Shown here piece after piece: positions 36,792 to 50,000 of a stretch of DNA of 64,000 bases. A program made the translations under genes and the position numbers. The notes under the pieces were generated by a model. It was not told where the DNA came from and made no database searches. It saw only the letters and a program-made list of their open reading frames with translations. Every line of letters starts with the position of its first letter. Position 1 is the stretch's first letter. The DNA is taken from assembly GCA_030295235.1 (NCBI GenBank), contig AP026134.1, forward strand, positions 1,178,001 to 1,242,000, read 5' to 3'. The DNA comes from Fistulifera solaris (Eukaryota).

Positions 36792-38846
36792 ATGATTCGC
36801 GCTGGAACGATCCAGGAACCCTTCGAAAGCTCACGTGAGCTTTCAAGACGGTATCGCGTTAGGAGATGCGGTTACGGGCCTCAGCGAGCGAGGTGGGGAC
36901 ATGGTCATAATCAACACTTCATCTTCTCGAATGCTTACATCAGCGAGGATGCTTCTTTCCATTCGGGTCTCCCTGCTATTTCAAAGAAGGTTCCCTTTTC
37001 GTCGCAATGGAAATACAGAAAGCTGAGCGGTGATGATACGGTCTCTTTAATCAATTCTTCGATAGAAAGTGACGACATGGTGTGGTCGGGCATGTTAACA
37101 AATCATCATCGTTTCTTGCCGGCACTTGATCTCTATGACAATGCGAACAAGCAAGGCAAGATGGCTAAGATGTGGAGCCTCGCTTGTCTATTGAATTGTC
37201 CTCGACAGAAACGAGTTCCCGCGACTTCGTTTCCGCCTGAAATGTACCATCAGGATCGTAGCTTATCTATGTGTAATGTTTCAGCATCTCGCTCCTTTGA
37301 TGATGAACCGTCCCGGATAGAATCGTCTTCGCACTTCGATTTTGAAGCTTTGGAGTTACAACCGCAGATTGCTACGTTCAATAGTACTATCTCGCTCTTT
37401 GAGAGCTATGTGTTTGAAACAAGCATGTACTCGGATGATCTGTTCCCAGAATCGGATGAACATTTTCCGAACAGCGGCAACAGTTCCCAATGTTCAGTCA
37501 GCGAGGTCGTAAAAGAACAGCACGAATTCGCACAAATGCTAGAATTTTGGCGAAAACAAGCGCAAGAGACTGTCGAGAAACACGGTAGGAATGAGAAGAT
37601 GGCTGATGAAGTGATGGAGGACAAGGAACATCCATGGGACCGAATTGCCGGCGGCGAGATTTCCATCGGACGTACGCATCACCAGCGTGTCGTGGTGAAA
37701 GAATTTACAAGTAGTACGCTTCCAGCAGATATTACCACGTGCTGCGAACAGGTCAGACGGCCTTTGTCTCTAGACCACACGCAACCATCTAGCTCAATGA
37801 ATGGTGATCACAAGAATATGGCTGCCTGTGAACAGGCGGCTGAAACACAGAACACTAATGATGCCACTTTCGGTAGAATTGCCGTTTTGTCAGCATGCGA
37901 CAACGTTACGCTCGAGAACTCTGTGGGGGAAATGAAAACCGTTAACGCGATTGCTTGCGTGCAACCCTTGCTGACATCTAATGCGATGTCAGTGGCTAAA
38001 ACGGGACACGTGGCTGAAAGTACTGTTGCCTGCAATAATCCTGGAGATGACAACGGACAAAACAAAGAAAATAGTACAGAGCTGGATAGAGATCTTATCT
38101 GTAAGCGCTCAAGGAGTCACATCGAAAATCTGATCATGTTCTGGAACAAGTCAGAGCCAAAACGTTTGGGAAAGGCGCGAGGCTCCGTTTCAAACGAGGA
38201 AGCGAAAGATGAAAAAAGACCATTTCCGTGTACAAGTAATTTTCAAACGGAATTGCTGTCAAGATTGACAGCAGGTCGCATTCAATCAGGCCATCGCCAT
38301 GGCCATACAAGTCCCTCAACACTTCACGAGGAAGATTGGATTTCAAGACTGACAGTTTCTCGGACGCGACAGAGTGAGCATTCTCCAAAATCCGCTTGCT
38401 CGGAAACCACGTCCACCGCACGCCAGGTACCTGCTTTGACCCAATCTCTTGAAAGCGATTCGCAGCAGAAGGAACAACTTCAAAAAGCACCTCTTGAAGA
38501 AGAAGCCATGATGTTCTGGAGTCCTCGTCTTTTTGACCATTCGAACGCATCTGAGAGTTCTAGTGTATCTACTATTCACCGGGAAGCTTACTCGTTGTCA
38601 TCAGGGAAGAGTGACTCAACAGTTTCTTGGTTCGGCATGGTCGGCATGGACGCTGTATCCGATGACAGTTCGCTTCGTAGACGACTAAAAAACTACAAAG
38701 CCGAAAACGATCCAGAAGATGCGGATTTCGACGAAAGTCGACAGCGCATTTCGCCACCATTGATGTTGGAGGATATTGATAATCTCGTAACCCAACTTTC
38801 GAAGGACTATGTCGATGCACTTTCTGGTCTTGAGGTCACACGGTAA
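36792..38846 (+). CDS. Hypothetical Ser/Glu-rich protein (684 aa)
   Basis: Long uninterrupted ORF with disordered composition and no recognisable domain. Confidence 0.65.
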   Translation: MIRAGTIQEPFESSRELSRRYRVRRCGYGPQRARWGHGHNQHFIFSNAYISEDASFHSGLPAISKKVPFSSQWKYRKLSGDDTVSLINSSIESDDMVWSGMLTNHHRFLPALDLYDNANKQGKMAKMWSLACLLNCPRQKRVPATSFPPEMYHQDRSLSMCNVSASRSFDDEPSRIESSSHFDFEALELQPQIATFNSTISLFESYVFETSMYSDDLFPESDEHFPNSGNSSQCSVSEVVKEQHEFAQMLEFWRKQAQETVEKHGRNEKMADEVMEDKEHPWDRIAGGEISIGRTHHQRVVVKEFTSSTLPADITTCCEQVRRPLSLDHTQPSSSMNGDHKNMAACEQAAETQNTNDATFGRIAVLSACDNVTLENSVGEMKTVNAIACVQPLLTSNAMSVAKTGHVAESTVACNNPGDDNGQNKENSTELDRDLICKRSRSHIENLIMFWNKSEPKRLGKARGSVSNEEAKDEKRPFPCTSNFQTELLSRLTAGRIQSGHRHGHTSPSTLHEEDWISRLTVSRTRQSEHSPKSACSETTSTARQVPALTQSLESDSQQKEQLQKAPLEEEAMMFWSPRLFDHSNASESSSVSTIHREAYSLSSGKSDSTVSWFGMVGMDAVSDDSSLRRRLKNYKAENDPEDADFDESRQRISPPLMLEDIDNLVTQLSKDYVDALSGLEVTR

Positions 38847-39686
38847 ACATTACTTGATACAATAGGCATTTTAGTTGTACAATTGTATTTCGTAACTCTA
38901 AGACTAAGCTGAAAGCGTTGCAAGCCTGAGCACTTGCTTTGCGAATTCGAGTGAGTAGAATAACCCGACGCAAACGTTCGGTGTTCACAGTTATGCGATT
39001 CTGTTTGCTTTGCTAACTGATGAGTGATGAAGTGATGAACATTTCGTGATGCATCTAGTGCGTGATAAACATGGAACATGAATCACGATCGACCATGGTT
39101 GCTTGTCCAACAAAGCAGCGCTGAGGCTGACTAACCCTAACGCTTTTGGATGTCGATATCCGATAACTATTAAGTATCAAGGGGGTCCAAGTAATCTGTG
39201 ATCTGTAAAGAATATAGTAGTACTTGTACCCTAGTACTACTGACTCCCAACTCCCGACTGACTTTGTCACCAAGGAACGAAGAACAATTTGATCACAGAA
39301 ACCTATTTTATTTTACAGTAGCCTAGTCTTCTGAATAATTTGGAATAGGGACGTCAGAGTAGCTAGAGTAACTACCTGGTACCAGTAGGAAATTCTTTTC
39401 GTACAGCCCCAAGGGCCCAAGAAGGTCGCATGACTTGACGTCATAACTCCTTACAACAATGTCGATAGTTGGATACAAGAGGTCACGAAAATACGAAAGA
39501 CCTGACATAAAAAGTCAAGCACGTATGGCACGCAGAGGACGAACGACAAAAACGTTTTAATTTTCAAATGAGAGAATTGAAACTTGTAGTTCTCGACAAG
39601 CAGGATCTTGTCTTTCTCAAATAATTACTTTGCGCAAAGCCGTTTGTCAACCGCCGTTTGTCATCAATAACAAGGCGAAGCGTCAC

Positions 39687-42600
39687 ATGCCGACACCACC
39701 GTTATCGACTGCTCTTAGTCAAACCGAGAACACTCAGATGCCTAAGCTTGCTACGTCCGATCAGACAGCGAGCACGATGTATGTGAGCGACGGCTCCGAA
39801 TCGAACGGTGACGATGACGTCTCGACGTCAAGCGACGAGGACTCTGAGAATTATTTACTCGAGCATCAGCGAGATGATGCGAGAATGCGAGCATCCCCGA
39901 CAGCTTACAACGTCGGTCTGCAGGCAGAAAGAAATGGTGTCAATGTTGCGCGACCGGACAACAAGATGCTTCGCTCGTCGGCTACTTCCTACGCCACAAG
40001 CTCATCAGAAGGCGACTCCAGTGATTTCTGTGACGATTCGGAATACGACGAGTTGCTAGATACTCTTCCGATTTCACTGGCTCGACGTAATACCAATCAA
40101 CTCCACCGTGGCACACTTTTCGGAATGAACCTTTTGTCGGGAAATACGAACGTCGGGGCGGAAAACACAAAGAAAGACGCTGATCACCCGCAAACTATAT
40201 CAAATGATAAATTTACAACCAACTTGTCGGATCACTTGGAAAAGACACAAGAGCTAAAAGTCTTTGACGCCGAAATTGGGTCTTCGATCATGATCTCTCA
40301 AGAGGACTTGGACGAAAGCGTTTCATCATCGTATAGTGATGCGAGCGATAGCGAGGAGGACAGTGAAGGCAGCATGTCGGAATACGACGCATTGATGGAA
40401 ACTATGCCTACTCATACAGCAGCAACTACTATGTCCTCGCTGCAGCTGCAGCGAAATACGCAAGCACCGGAGCAGTCGGTCACTCCTATGCCTGTTTCGG
40501 AAGGATTGGATTTGACAATGCTGATGAATCTTCGCTCAGAACTCGAAAAGGTCGGCCACATGATTGTTGAGAAAAAGGAAGGAGAAAAGTTTTTGAGACG
40601 TGCGCATATATTGGCATCGATCAATATGCTTGCTGCATACATTCCAGCTTGTGTCGTGGATCATCTCAGTCAAGAGATCCGTGAAGCCATTGCAAAGGAA
40701 ACTGATCGAGTCGAGAGCTGCAACATGTCCATGGGATCCAATACGGACTCATCGCTTTTACCATCCGAGCAAATAGAGACATCCCGTCGTTTTCGCACGA
40801 TTAGAGATATCGGCCCACTACGACAAGACAGCGAGGACGAAGACGATGATGACGATGATAATACCGACGGTCGTAGCAGCAGTGGACTGAAACTGAATCT
40901 TCCTTCCAACCTCGTGAACAAGTCTGGAAGTTCTGGTGGTTCGAGCTCTAAATCTTTGGATAGGTTCTTGGAGAAGGAAGGCGAGAGAAGAATGTCAATT
41001 TCTTACAACGAAAGTCGACCTGTCGCTGTTGCTGATGAGAAATTAGATGCCTTGCCTGCTGCAGCGCAATTTGAGGGTGCCGTCATGTTTGTTGATGTCT
41101 CGGGCTTCACAAAGCTAGCAACCGTGCTTGATCCGGAAAGCTTGTCAAAAGTAATCAATTCATACTTTCAAATGATTGTGAACAAAGTCCATGAATATGA
41201 CGGGGATGTTCAGAAGTTTGCCGGCGATGCACTATTCGCAGAATGGAGAGTAACCGAGAAACGAGGATTGCACCAGTGTGTTGGGGAATCAGCGGCTTGC
41301 GCTGCTAGTATGGTTAAAAGTTGTGCAAACTTTCCGGTCCTTGGACTCATAAGTGCGGTTGAGGCTGTTAATGCAGCAGTCACCAGCCTCAATATTCACG
41401 TCGGCTTAGGTGTTGGACGAATGACAGGAGTACACGTTGGTAATAATAGCTATCGCCGCGAATACTTGTACATTGGTCAATCAATTTTTCAAGCGACAGA
41501 CGCATGCAATAGAGCGAGCTTGGGTCAAGCTATGGCTTCACAACCGTTTATCGATATTCTTCAATGCATTTCACCACAAGCCATCGACATAGACGAACGT
41601 AATTGTCTAGTTGCGACTCCAGAGGGATCATTGTACGATCTTTCAGAATATAGTAAAAGGGTTCTTGTTCGAAATGCGAGGTCGAGAGGTGTTACCGATA
41701 AAGTAGAAGGCCTTCAGGAGGAGGCTTTGATGGAGTACCGAAGATTAATGTCGCTTTACGTGCATCCTGTGGTTGTAGCCAACGACATCGCTGTTTCGGA
41801 TGGGAGCATTGCTGCGAAAGCCACTGTCGATACAAAGGAGAGACACATGGAAGAGGCTGAAATGCGAAGTGTCTACGTTATGTTCATCAACTTGATACTT
41901 CCATCGCACCTGGCCTCCCTCTCCGGTGATTTGAACAAAGACGCTGAACTAATTCATTTGCTAAACGATACGATGAATTTAGTTTCCAGCAAGCTAGAGC
42001 AATACAGCGGCCACTTGCGACAATTCATTGTGGATGACAAAGGATTTGTTATGATCGCTTCCTTTGGTCTCCGCGGATCAACGTTTCCGAATATGGTGTC
42101 GGAAAGAGCCCTACCTGCAACATTTCTTGTTTACCAGTCTCTAAAGATGGAACTTGGTCTTGAAGTGCGAATCGGCGCGACGTTTGGAGATGTGTATTGT
42201 GGTGCCATTGGAGGAGATAAACGTCATGAATACGCAATGCTTGGGCCTTCGGTTAATTTAGCGGCTCGATTGACACATTCCACCGACAATGCAGGCATAC
42301 TAGTCGATAACTCCGTGCGTCAGCTTGCTTCTCAGGCATTTGGCTTCAACGCGCTGCCCTTCATCAACGCCAAAGGATATTCTGAACCAGTGCCCATATT
42401 TGAACCATATAGACGAACCGAGAGGAGATGGGGCGCACCTGAACCGCACTTTGTTGGTCACAGGGCTTCCATCGAGAATTTGTGCCATACGTGCAATGAC
42501 ATGGCTGATTCTCGTCCAATTGCGTCCAAGCTCGGGTTGGTTACGGGTGAAAGTGGTATGGGGAAATCGACATTTCTTGTTCATTGCATTGATCAAATCA

Positions 42601-45049
42601 AAAATAATATGGAGTCATATGGTTTCGACGTAATCATTGCCCAACACGTCGCCCTTGACAGCGAGATCTTGATTCCTTTGTCAGGGTTTTGTCCCATCTT
42701 TCTCCGTATCCTGGCGACGTACACTGACCGAAGAGACGACCACCTTTTCGGTTCGACCGCAGCAATTACATCGTCTCGTGTCAAGAGCGCCATCAATAAA
42801 ATCGGACTGGAATTGGGAGCGCCTTCACATGTAATTACTGCCTCTACAAGACTTTTACTCAACCCTGCTGGTGGCTTGGAGTACAACGGTCCGAGTAAGA
42901 AAGCCCTTGCTTCATTCATGACTCATGCTTTTTGCGTTGCACAGAGAACTGCAAGCTAGTTGTAATAGCGGTTGATGACATCCATTTTGTTGACGAATTG
43001 TCGTGGAACATTTTGAAACGGATATTTGAGTATAGTCGCAATACCTTTTTACTCGGAAGCTCGCCTCAGGATAAAAGTGCCTTGAAAATTTCACCTGCTT
43101 TCAGAGATGCAATCGACAATGTTTACACCGGCGAGGGAAGGTTCATCGAGATTTCGTTATCACCACTTGATGAAAATGATATCGGGATAATGATAAGGAG
43201 AAAGCTTGAGCTACAAGAGAGTGAACTCACCCCGGAGCTGCTTACGGAAGTTGTTTCGCAGTCGGGTGGTATCCCGTACTTTGCGAATAAGATCATCAAT
43301 AGCATCAAGGAGCGCAAAGCGAGTGGTCACAACTGTCTTCAAGAAGAAAAGTCCCTCTCCGAGATAATCATTCATCGAATTGATACATTTGACTTGAATG
43401 TTCGCAATATTCTAAACATTGGCGCTGTCCTTGGAGAGTCGTTTACACTTGGTGAAGTGGTAGCCGTGCAAATGGAAGCCAAGGACGCAAAAGAAGAAGA
43501 TGTCCGTAAACAAGCTACCGAGTCATTGAAAACGGCAGTCAGGGAAGGCATTCTCTCTTATGGAAAAGGCGGAACAAGAACCGCAGCCTACATTCCTGAA
43601 ATCGATCCGCGGGACGACAGCGCTACCTTTTCGTTCTTCCAAAGCGTTTGGCGCACAGTTCTTTTGGGATTAATGCTGACATCCAGAAAGAAGGACGTTC
43701 ATCGAAAAACCGCAAGTGCTCTAGAAGGTCGCGTTCACGAAGGAAGCTTCACGAAAGATTGGCTGAAACTGTTTGAACACTGGAAAGCGTCCGGATCTAC
43801 AGCAATGTCAACCAAAACAGCGCTTTCTATTGGAAAGATGCTAGTTGATACTCCAATGCTGGAAGATAGCGTGCGCATCTATAAAGATACGCTCGAGATG
43901 TTCGGATGGGAACATGACGGACGTTCGGGACTTTCATCAGAAATTCTCGAGCTTTTGCCAGAACCAGATATTAGCCAGATTGTCCGACTATCGGTAGCCC
44001 TTGGCGAGGCTCTCGACCAATCTTCGAAGCACAGGGAGAGCACATCCACGTTCGAGAAAGCAGTCCAAATAATGCAAGATGCGAAGTCGGCATCAAAGAT
44101 AAAAGACCGCTCCATCATATTCCCTGCCTACGTGAGACTCACGGATGCTATCAACAAGGGCCATATCCAGCAAGACGTTTATTGTCGATACGAACAATCG
44201 CTCCTGACTGGTTTCATCAACGAAACCAGAGTTCACGGACGGTTGATTCATCATATTCAGGCCCTATACTTACAGATGATCCTGTATAGTCGGCAGGGTC
44301 GAAATGACAAAGCCATTGCCGTACAAAGTGTGATCAAAAACATATACAAGCCTGTGATTCACACCAAAGGTCTCCGTACTTGCTATGGGATGGATTCTGG
44401 CGCTGTGAGTTTCTCTCTTTGTTCGTATCTTCAGATGGAGCAAGGAAATAGGCGAGAAGCCCTTCGTGTATGTCGTCATGTTTTGAAGACTTTGATTCCA
44501 AAGATTGAAAGTGATCGTGAACAATCGTTCGCATTAGTGTACCCTCTTCTCTTTGTTTTGAAAGACTCCGGCTTCGGATCACAGGCGAAACAAGTGTTTG
44601 AAAAAGTGATACTCTTTCCCTTTCATGGATGGGAGACTTCTGGTTTATTTGGTATTATTGAGCCGATTTTTGAGCCTCTTCTAATGCTGCTGACCTTGTC
44701 GACAAAAGAGGACATCCGCCAAGACACGATTCAAGAAATAATGGACTTTGTTGGCAAGCGCTCCAACATCTTAAACAGCGAACAAATGAACTTGCACCTT
44801 GGAAGATTGGGTCGTTGTGGAGACTCCATTTGTGCAGAATTGTGTCTCCAGCTAGCTTTACGTTTGCCCATGGACAGCGAGGCAAGAAAGAACGTGCTTA
44901 CATATGCCAGGCTGGTCGTGTCTACAGCTATCACTTTTAACCGGAAACACCGCCTCAAGTTCGCCCTGGCTAATGTTCAGGTCATCCGAGAGCAGATTAA
45001 AGCTGTATCCGGGGGAAGTGATCAAGAACACGCAAGACTGGCCTTCTAG
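39687..45049 (+). CDS. Soluble adenylate cyclase (ADCY10/sAC-type): two class III cyclase domains, P-loop NTPase and helical repeats
   Basis: C1 MFVDVSGFTKL and VQKFAGDALF; C2 RQFIVDDKG and EYAMLGPSVNLAARL; Walker A GESGMGKST; Walker B VIAVDDIHF; SGGIPYFA. 1-bp frameshift at ~42932 in a T-run. Confidence 0.92.
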
Positions 45050-45719
45050 GCTTGTCGCGTCGTGAGTTTACACTCGTTAATTCGTGTGCTATTATTAGCC
45101 GTCGCAACGCTGCCGCCGCCCTTGCTGACAAAAGTAGACAATTCTGGGGGTTTCAGCGTAGAAGGCTTTCACTCGCTTTGTCATAAATATACTTTTATAA
45201 TACGAAGTTCGCTTCTGTTACTTCCCTGTGCATCACTGATTGATTTATCATTACACGAAAAGTGTTGCCGTATTTATTTCTTTACTCTGTCATTGAAATG
45301 ACAGAATTTCCGTCTGACTCAAAATGCTGCTTGGGTAAGCTGTTACGGAGTGATTTTTTGTATCTATCTAATATAGTGTAGACGTGATCCGACTGAACTG
45401 AAATCCAGTCCCATATATCCGTTTGATTTTGAAGCAATCTGAATTCTGCGATGGTACCCAAACATGTCCGCCATAGCAGGGTAAATGTACTTTGAATGAC
45501 ATTACAATTGATGATTCCAGCATTCATCGCTGACAGCCTCTCTCTAGCCCAAGGCGGAAATTACTGCTGGACGAGCCAACATTTTAACACGAAACGCACA
45601 TGTTAACGACAAGGACGACCACAACGCGAGCAGCACAGACAACAAACCATTCTTTTTATTTTAGTGACTACCGCACTGATTCTTTTGCGATTCCACGTAT
45701 TTCAATAAGTTTCGAGTAT

Positions 45720-46912
45720 GAATTAACCGAACCGCTTGATAAATTGGAAGCAATCGTCTTGCGAAGTAAATGACAGGGATAGTATCGTCTCGCTTAGCTT
45801 TCCATACTATACTTGATCGGGTGTCCACTCTGGATTCGCTTCCAGATAGAGAGCTGCGGCCCCTGCAACGTCCCGGGCAGCCATACTATCACCATCATCA
45901 ATGATAAATTGGTCATCAGCGAACCCAGAGGCTGAGATGATGTTGACTCTGGGGGGAGAATACATCCAGACAGGGACCAATTTTGGATAGTAGGGCGACC
46001 CGATCACGTTGATCACAGGAACATACAGTTAGGACACGAGGCACGTATGCAGGTGCAAAGAGCAAGCAGCTCCGCCTTTGTTGCCTGCAGCTACTATGAC
46101 AGCAACACTCGCCGCGACGGCTTCGTTGATCAATGATTCAGACGCAGGTTCCCTATACCAAGAGAAATGTTGATGACCATGGGTGTCTCAGGGTCAGCTT
46201 TTTTCTGCTCAATAACATATTCGATCCCCTCGGAAATTCCAGACAAGCGGCCTTCAGCATCTTCATTCAATACTTTCACGATAACGAGGGCAACGTTCTT
46301 GGTGACGACTCCCATTGTTATACCTCCCACCATTCCAGCGACATGTGTGCCGTGGCCGTTGTGGTCTTTACAATCTCCCCATACCGCATTCCGCCCACAA
46401 ATGACGTGACCACCGATTTCCTTCTGCGTCGAACGAGTATCCGAGTCAAGAACGAACACATTGACCCCGGTTCCGTCAAAATTGTATGTTTAGGATTTAA
46501 CCAGTGGACGTCTTACGTGGTCGATTCGATCGTTCCCCTAACCAATAGGAGGGTCCAGCTGTGTGGTTGCTACGGCTTTTACAATGATATCTTGCGAAGT
46601 AATGAATAAAGGTGCGTCGTGCTTGAGAAAACCAGATAATTTACCGTCAACAACAAGAAAGCCAGATGACCGAACGAATGGCATACTTACTTGAATGATA
46701 TTCTCCACAGCCTTACCCTCTTTAACCTGCTGATATTGCTCTTCACTGATTCCTGTTACCACGATCGCATTCTTGTATTCGTGAAGGACACGGAACGACT
46801 CGGAAGATGCCACGGTGGAGGTGTAAGGGTAAAAGAGTCGCTCGTTGGCTTGATTTGGATCGTTGTCTTTCTTGAAATGGGCAATGAATTGACCCTGAAT
46901 CTTCTGAAGGAG
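45720..46912 (-). pseudogene. Subtilisin-like (S8, proteinase K-type) protease pseudogene
   Basis: I9 prodomain remnant, VFVLDSD (Asp motif), NGHGTHVAG (His), VINISLG and GDSMAARDVAGAAALYL (Ser). It has several in-frame stops, frameshifts and motif substitutions. Confidence 0.85.
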
Positions 46913-47086
46913 CATCTTAGCGAGTTGATGTGTCAAAGAGAGAGAGAGAGTAGAACAAAAGAACACCTATTCATATGTTCGAGAATCGGTTGCTATTGTG
47001 TTGAAAAGGTGGAGCATTCATGTTATACCACCAGAAGATGGAGTGTAAGTCTTCGCATTCATGTTGTTGTTGAATTCTTCGAGCTC

Positions 47087-50000
47087 GTAATTTACTTCAG
47101 GCTCTGTTACCTCGATATTGAGGCAGCCGCAAACATGTTTCACGTTAAACTTAAACCGATGATCTAATTCAGCCGGAATGGTGATACAAGTACTTTCGGA
47201 GTTTCAGTATGGACAGCGAGATGAGATTGTGGGGAAATTTTTCTCGCATCTTGAATGGAACCATTCGATTCTTATAAAAACAACGAAATTGGGACGTAAT
47301 GAATGACTACTGGTCTGTTTCTACTCGGTTTCTACAGCAACGCAAAACGCAGATCAACCGTTTCCATCTCTATGCTGTCTATATAAGCGGCATGACTATC
47401 GTTCGAAGCATCTTGCCGAAGCCGGACAATACCGAGGGAGCTATCAAATCTCGTGATCAGAGGCAAAGTTATTCCTTGCGATTAGCTCAATAGAGTGAGT
47501 GGTAAAGAAGCGGCGATACGGCTTTCACTTTGAGCGGGCTGTCGGCGCGACGATAATGTACTATCAACTGCAGCCAGTGCAGTATCCGCCAGTCACAACA
47601 TCTATATGAACGGCGGGGACCATCCTGACGCATGTCGTTTCCTTGACGATAAGTCTTGCTCAGTGGTGGACCAACTGCAAATGTTACCAATGATTGAACT
47701 AGCTGGCGATGTCGAGCAGAGGTTACGGTGACGTCCTCGGTGACTTTTCGGAAGAAATCGCGCATGTTGGTCCTGTCAATTTCACCTGACAAAGATCCTT
47801 CATTCAACGATTGATTGGCTTTTATGGGAGTTCAGAACTAATTCGGCAACAAAGACGTAACAAGCTTTGTTTCCATGCAAAGAAGCACATGGCCTCCTAT
47901 CCATACGTCCTTGACTTGCTGAATGAGTCATGACACCTATCGGGGAGCCCCTATTCTTCCCTAACATGTCCACCCTTAGGTTCTATTCCAATTGGATTTT
48001 CGAAAGGGTCACATGAAGACGATTTGAGAGAAGAAACAGAATAGACAGCTTGCATTCGAACAGTAGAACCAAAAAGAGCCGAATAGAGCTCCTGCTTTTG
48101 TCCAGAATGGGACCCTGATGGAAAACATTACCAAAATGCGTGCCTTGGCTTAACATTTGGTTTCAATGTTGTGCTCTGTTCCTCGGCTCTTGCAAGTGGA
48201 CAGTTTAAAATTCGATGTTCGAGAGTTTGAGGATCTTTTCACCGAGTCGCCCGATGCAGCTGCCCGTTGGTACTGATGAAGACCAAGGCATTGACGGAGA
48301 AGCGGACAAAAGGGAGGTTTGTAAACTTGGAACTTTGGTCGCCACATGAAGCAGCTGCCATCTCCGCGTTGTCGACATCGACGAAACAAGGCTCCTTTCC
48401 AGCAGGACACCAAAGCGATTCGGTTATTGCTGCCGTCGGCGCTAGTCCTGTCAACGCACCATTTGTAGATTGTTGCGACTCGTTACCCGCAATCATGTGA
48501 ATTGATAAGGAAAAGAAAAACTTTTGAGTCGTCGAATGTTTGTGAAGTGTGCAAGGATGGAAGCGACGAAGGAGATATTGAAATTTCGAGTGCGGCATTG
48601 GCTATTTCTGGGTTTATGGCAGCAAAGACGTTGGAAAAAATTGACGGCGAAGAACCAAATGTCTGATTTAGTTATCAGTGGCATCGGGGTTTAGTGACAC
48701 CGCATCACTAGCCAGCATACGGCAATAAAACTCGTGACTACCGGGAAGAGGACGGTTATTCTACTTTGTCGACAGATGATATGCCCGCAAAGGACACAGA
48801 ATCTTCAAGGTGAAGGATACTATGAGAGAGACTTCAGTGAATACTAGAGAGCACAGAGCGCAACACAACAAAAGGCAGAGAAACTGGGGCAAATGACAAT
48901 CCGCACGACCACGAAAACGCTTGCGCGCACAGAATTGGACAGTGTCAGATGGGGGAGCTTCTCCCGTCGTCACCATTACCCACCGTGCACACCCATCTGT
49001 TGTATTATTTTATTAATTTTAGTTAATTTGGTTTTGAAATGAACAAGTGTTAGCATGAAGAGTGTCGTGGTATACTTTTTTCATTGTGCTGAGACATATG
49101 GGGGACCCTTGCTAGTGCCCGTAACCGCTAACCTATTTCTAGGATAACTCATAAGCACCGCAAGAGCTCCGAAGACGTTAAGCAGATGTCAACAAGCGAT
49201 CACAAACGCCCATGTATCCGGTTGGGAGCGGAAAGGCGAATGTGGCTTTCATAAGCTGCTCAGCGGGTGAACCCCAAACCCCGCTCAACCGTTACCATTG
49301 CTTCACCAATCACTGGCGCACACAGTTCTTCGGCACGCCTCATGGATCCCACAACTCAGGTGAAGAACTTTTCCCAGCACAATGCTCCAACTGCGAGTTT
49401 TCCGGTAAGGCAGGAAGCCTCGCAAGCAGGCAAGCGAATCGTCGAGACGACACGAGGTTGCCATTTTGCGAGACGACTCCTCCTTCCTCGGGACATACGC
49501 ACCACAACCCTTCATGCGCTCCCACTGAGTATTCAACCATACGGTCCCAAGCTATGATCGCAGGCCACAGCTTTGGCAACAACTGAATACGGGGAGGACA
49601 TCAAACCTCTCTCAGTCGCCTTCGAGAGGAGATGTGAGAAGAAGAAGAAGAGCGCAGCGAAAAAAAGAGAGAAACAAAATTGAGCGATGCGCTTCTCCTA
49701 TCGTAAAATCAAAATATAGTTTGTGTTCACAAACTTCATTTAAAATTATTTAGAGGGAGCTCTCTAAGTATTTCTGTGTCGAGCAACGGTTTTCTCCATG
49801 TGTTGGGATCCCACGACCCACGAATGAATGTCACGACATACGCATCTGGATATTTTTCATGAGCGCAACTGCGAGTCCGGCCTGCTCGTATCTCATAAGC
49901 GAATTACGCGTATGAAATTCAATTGAAATAAGGGGGGAAAGAGTGGATGTCGAGTCCATTGGAGGCACTTTGTGTGCCTCGACGATGATGATTGTTGAAG

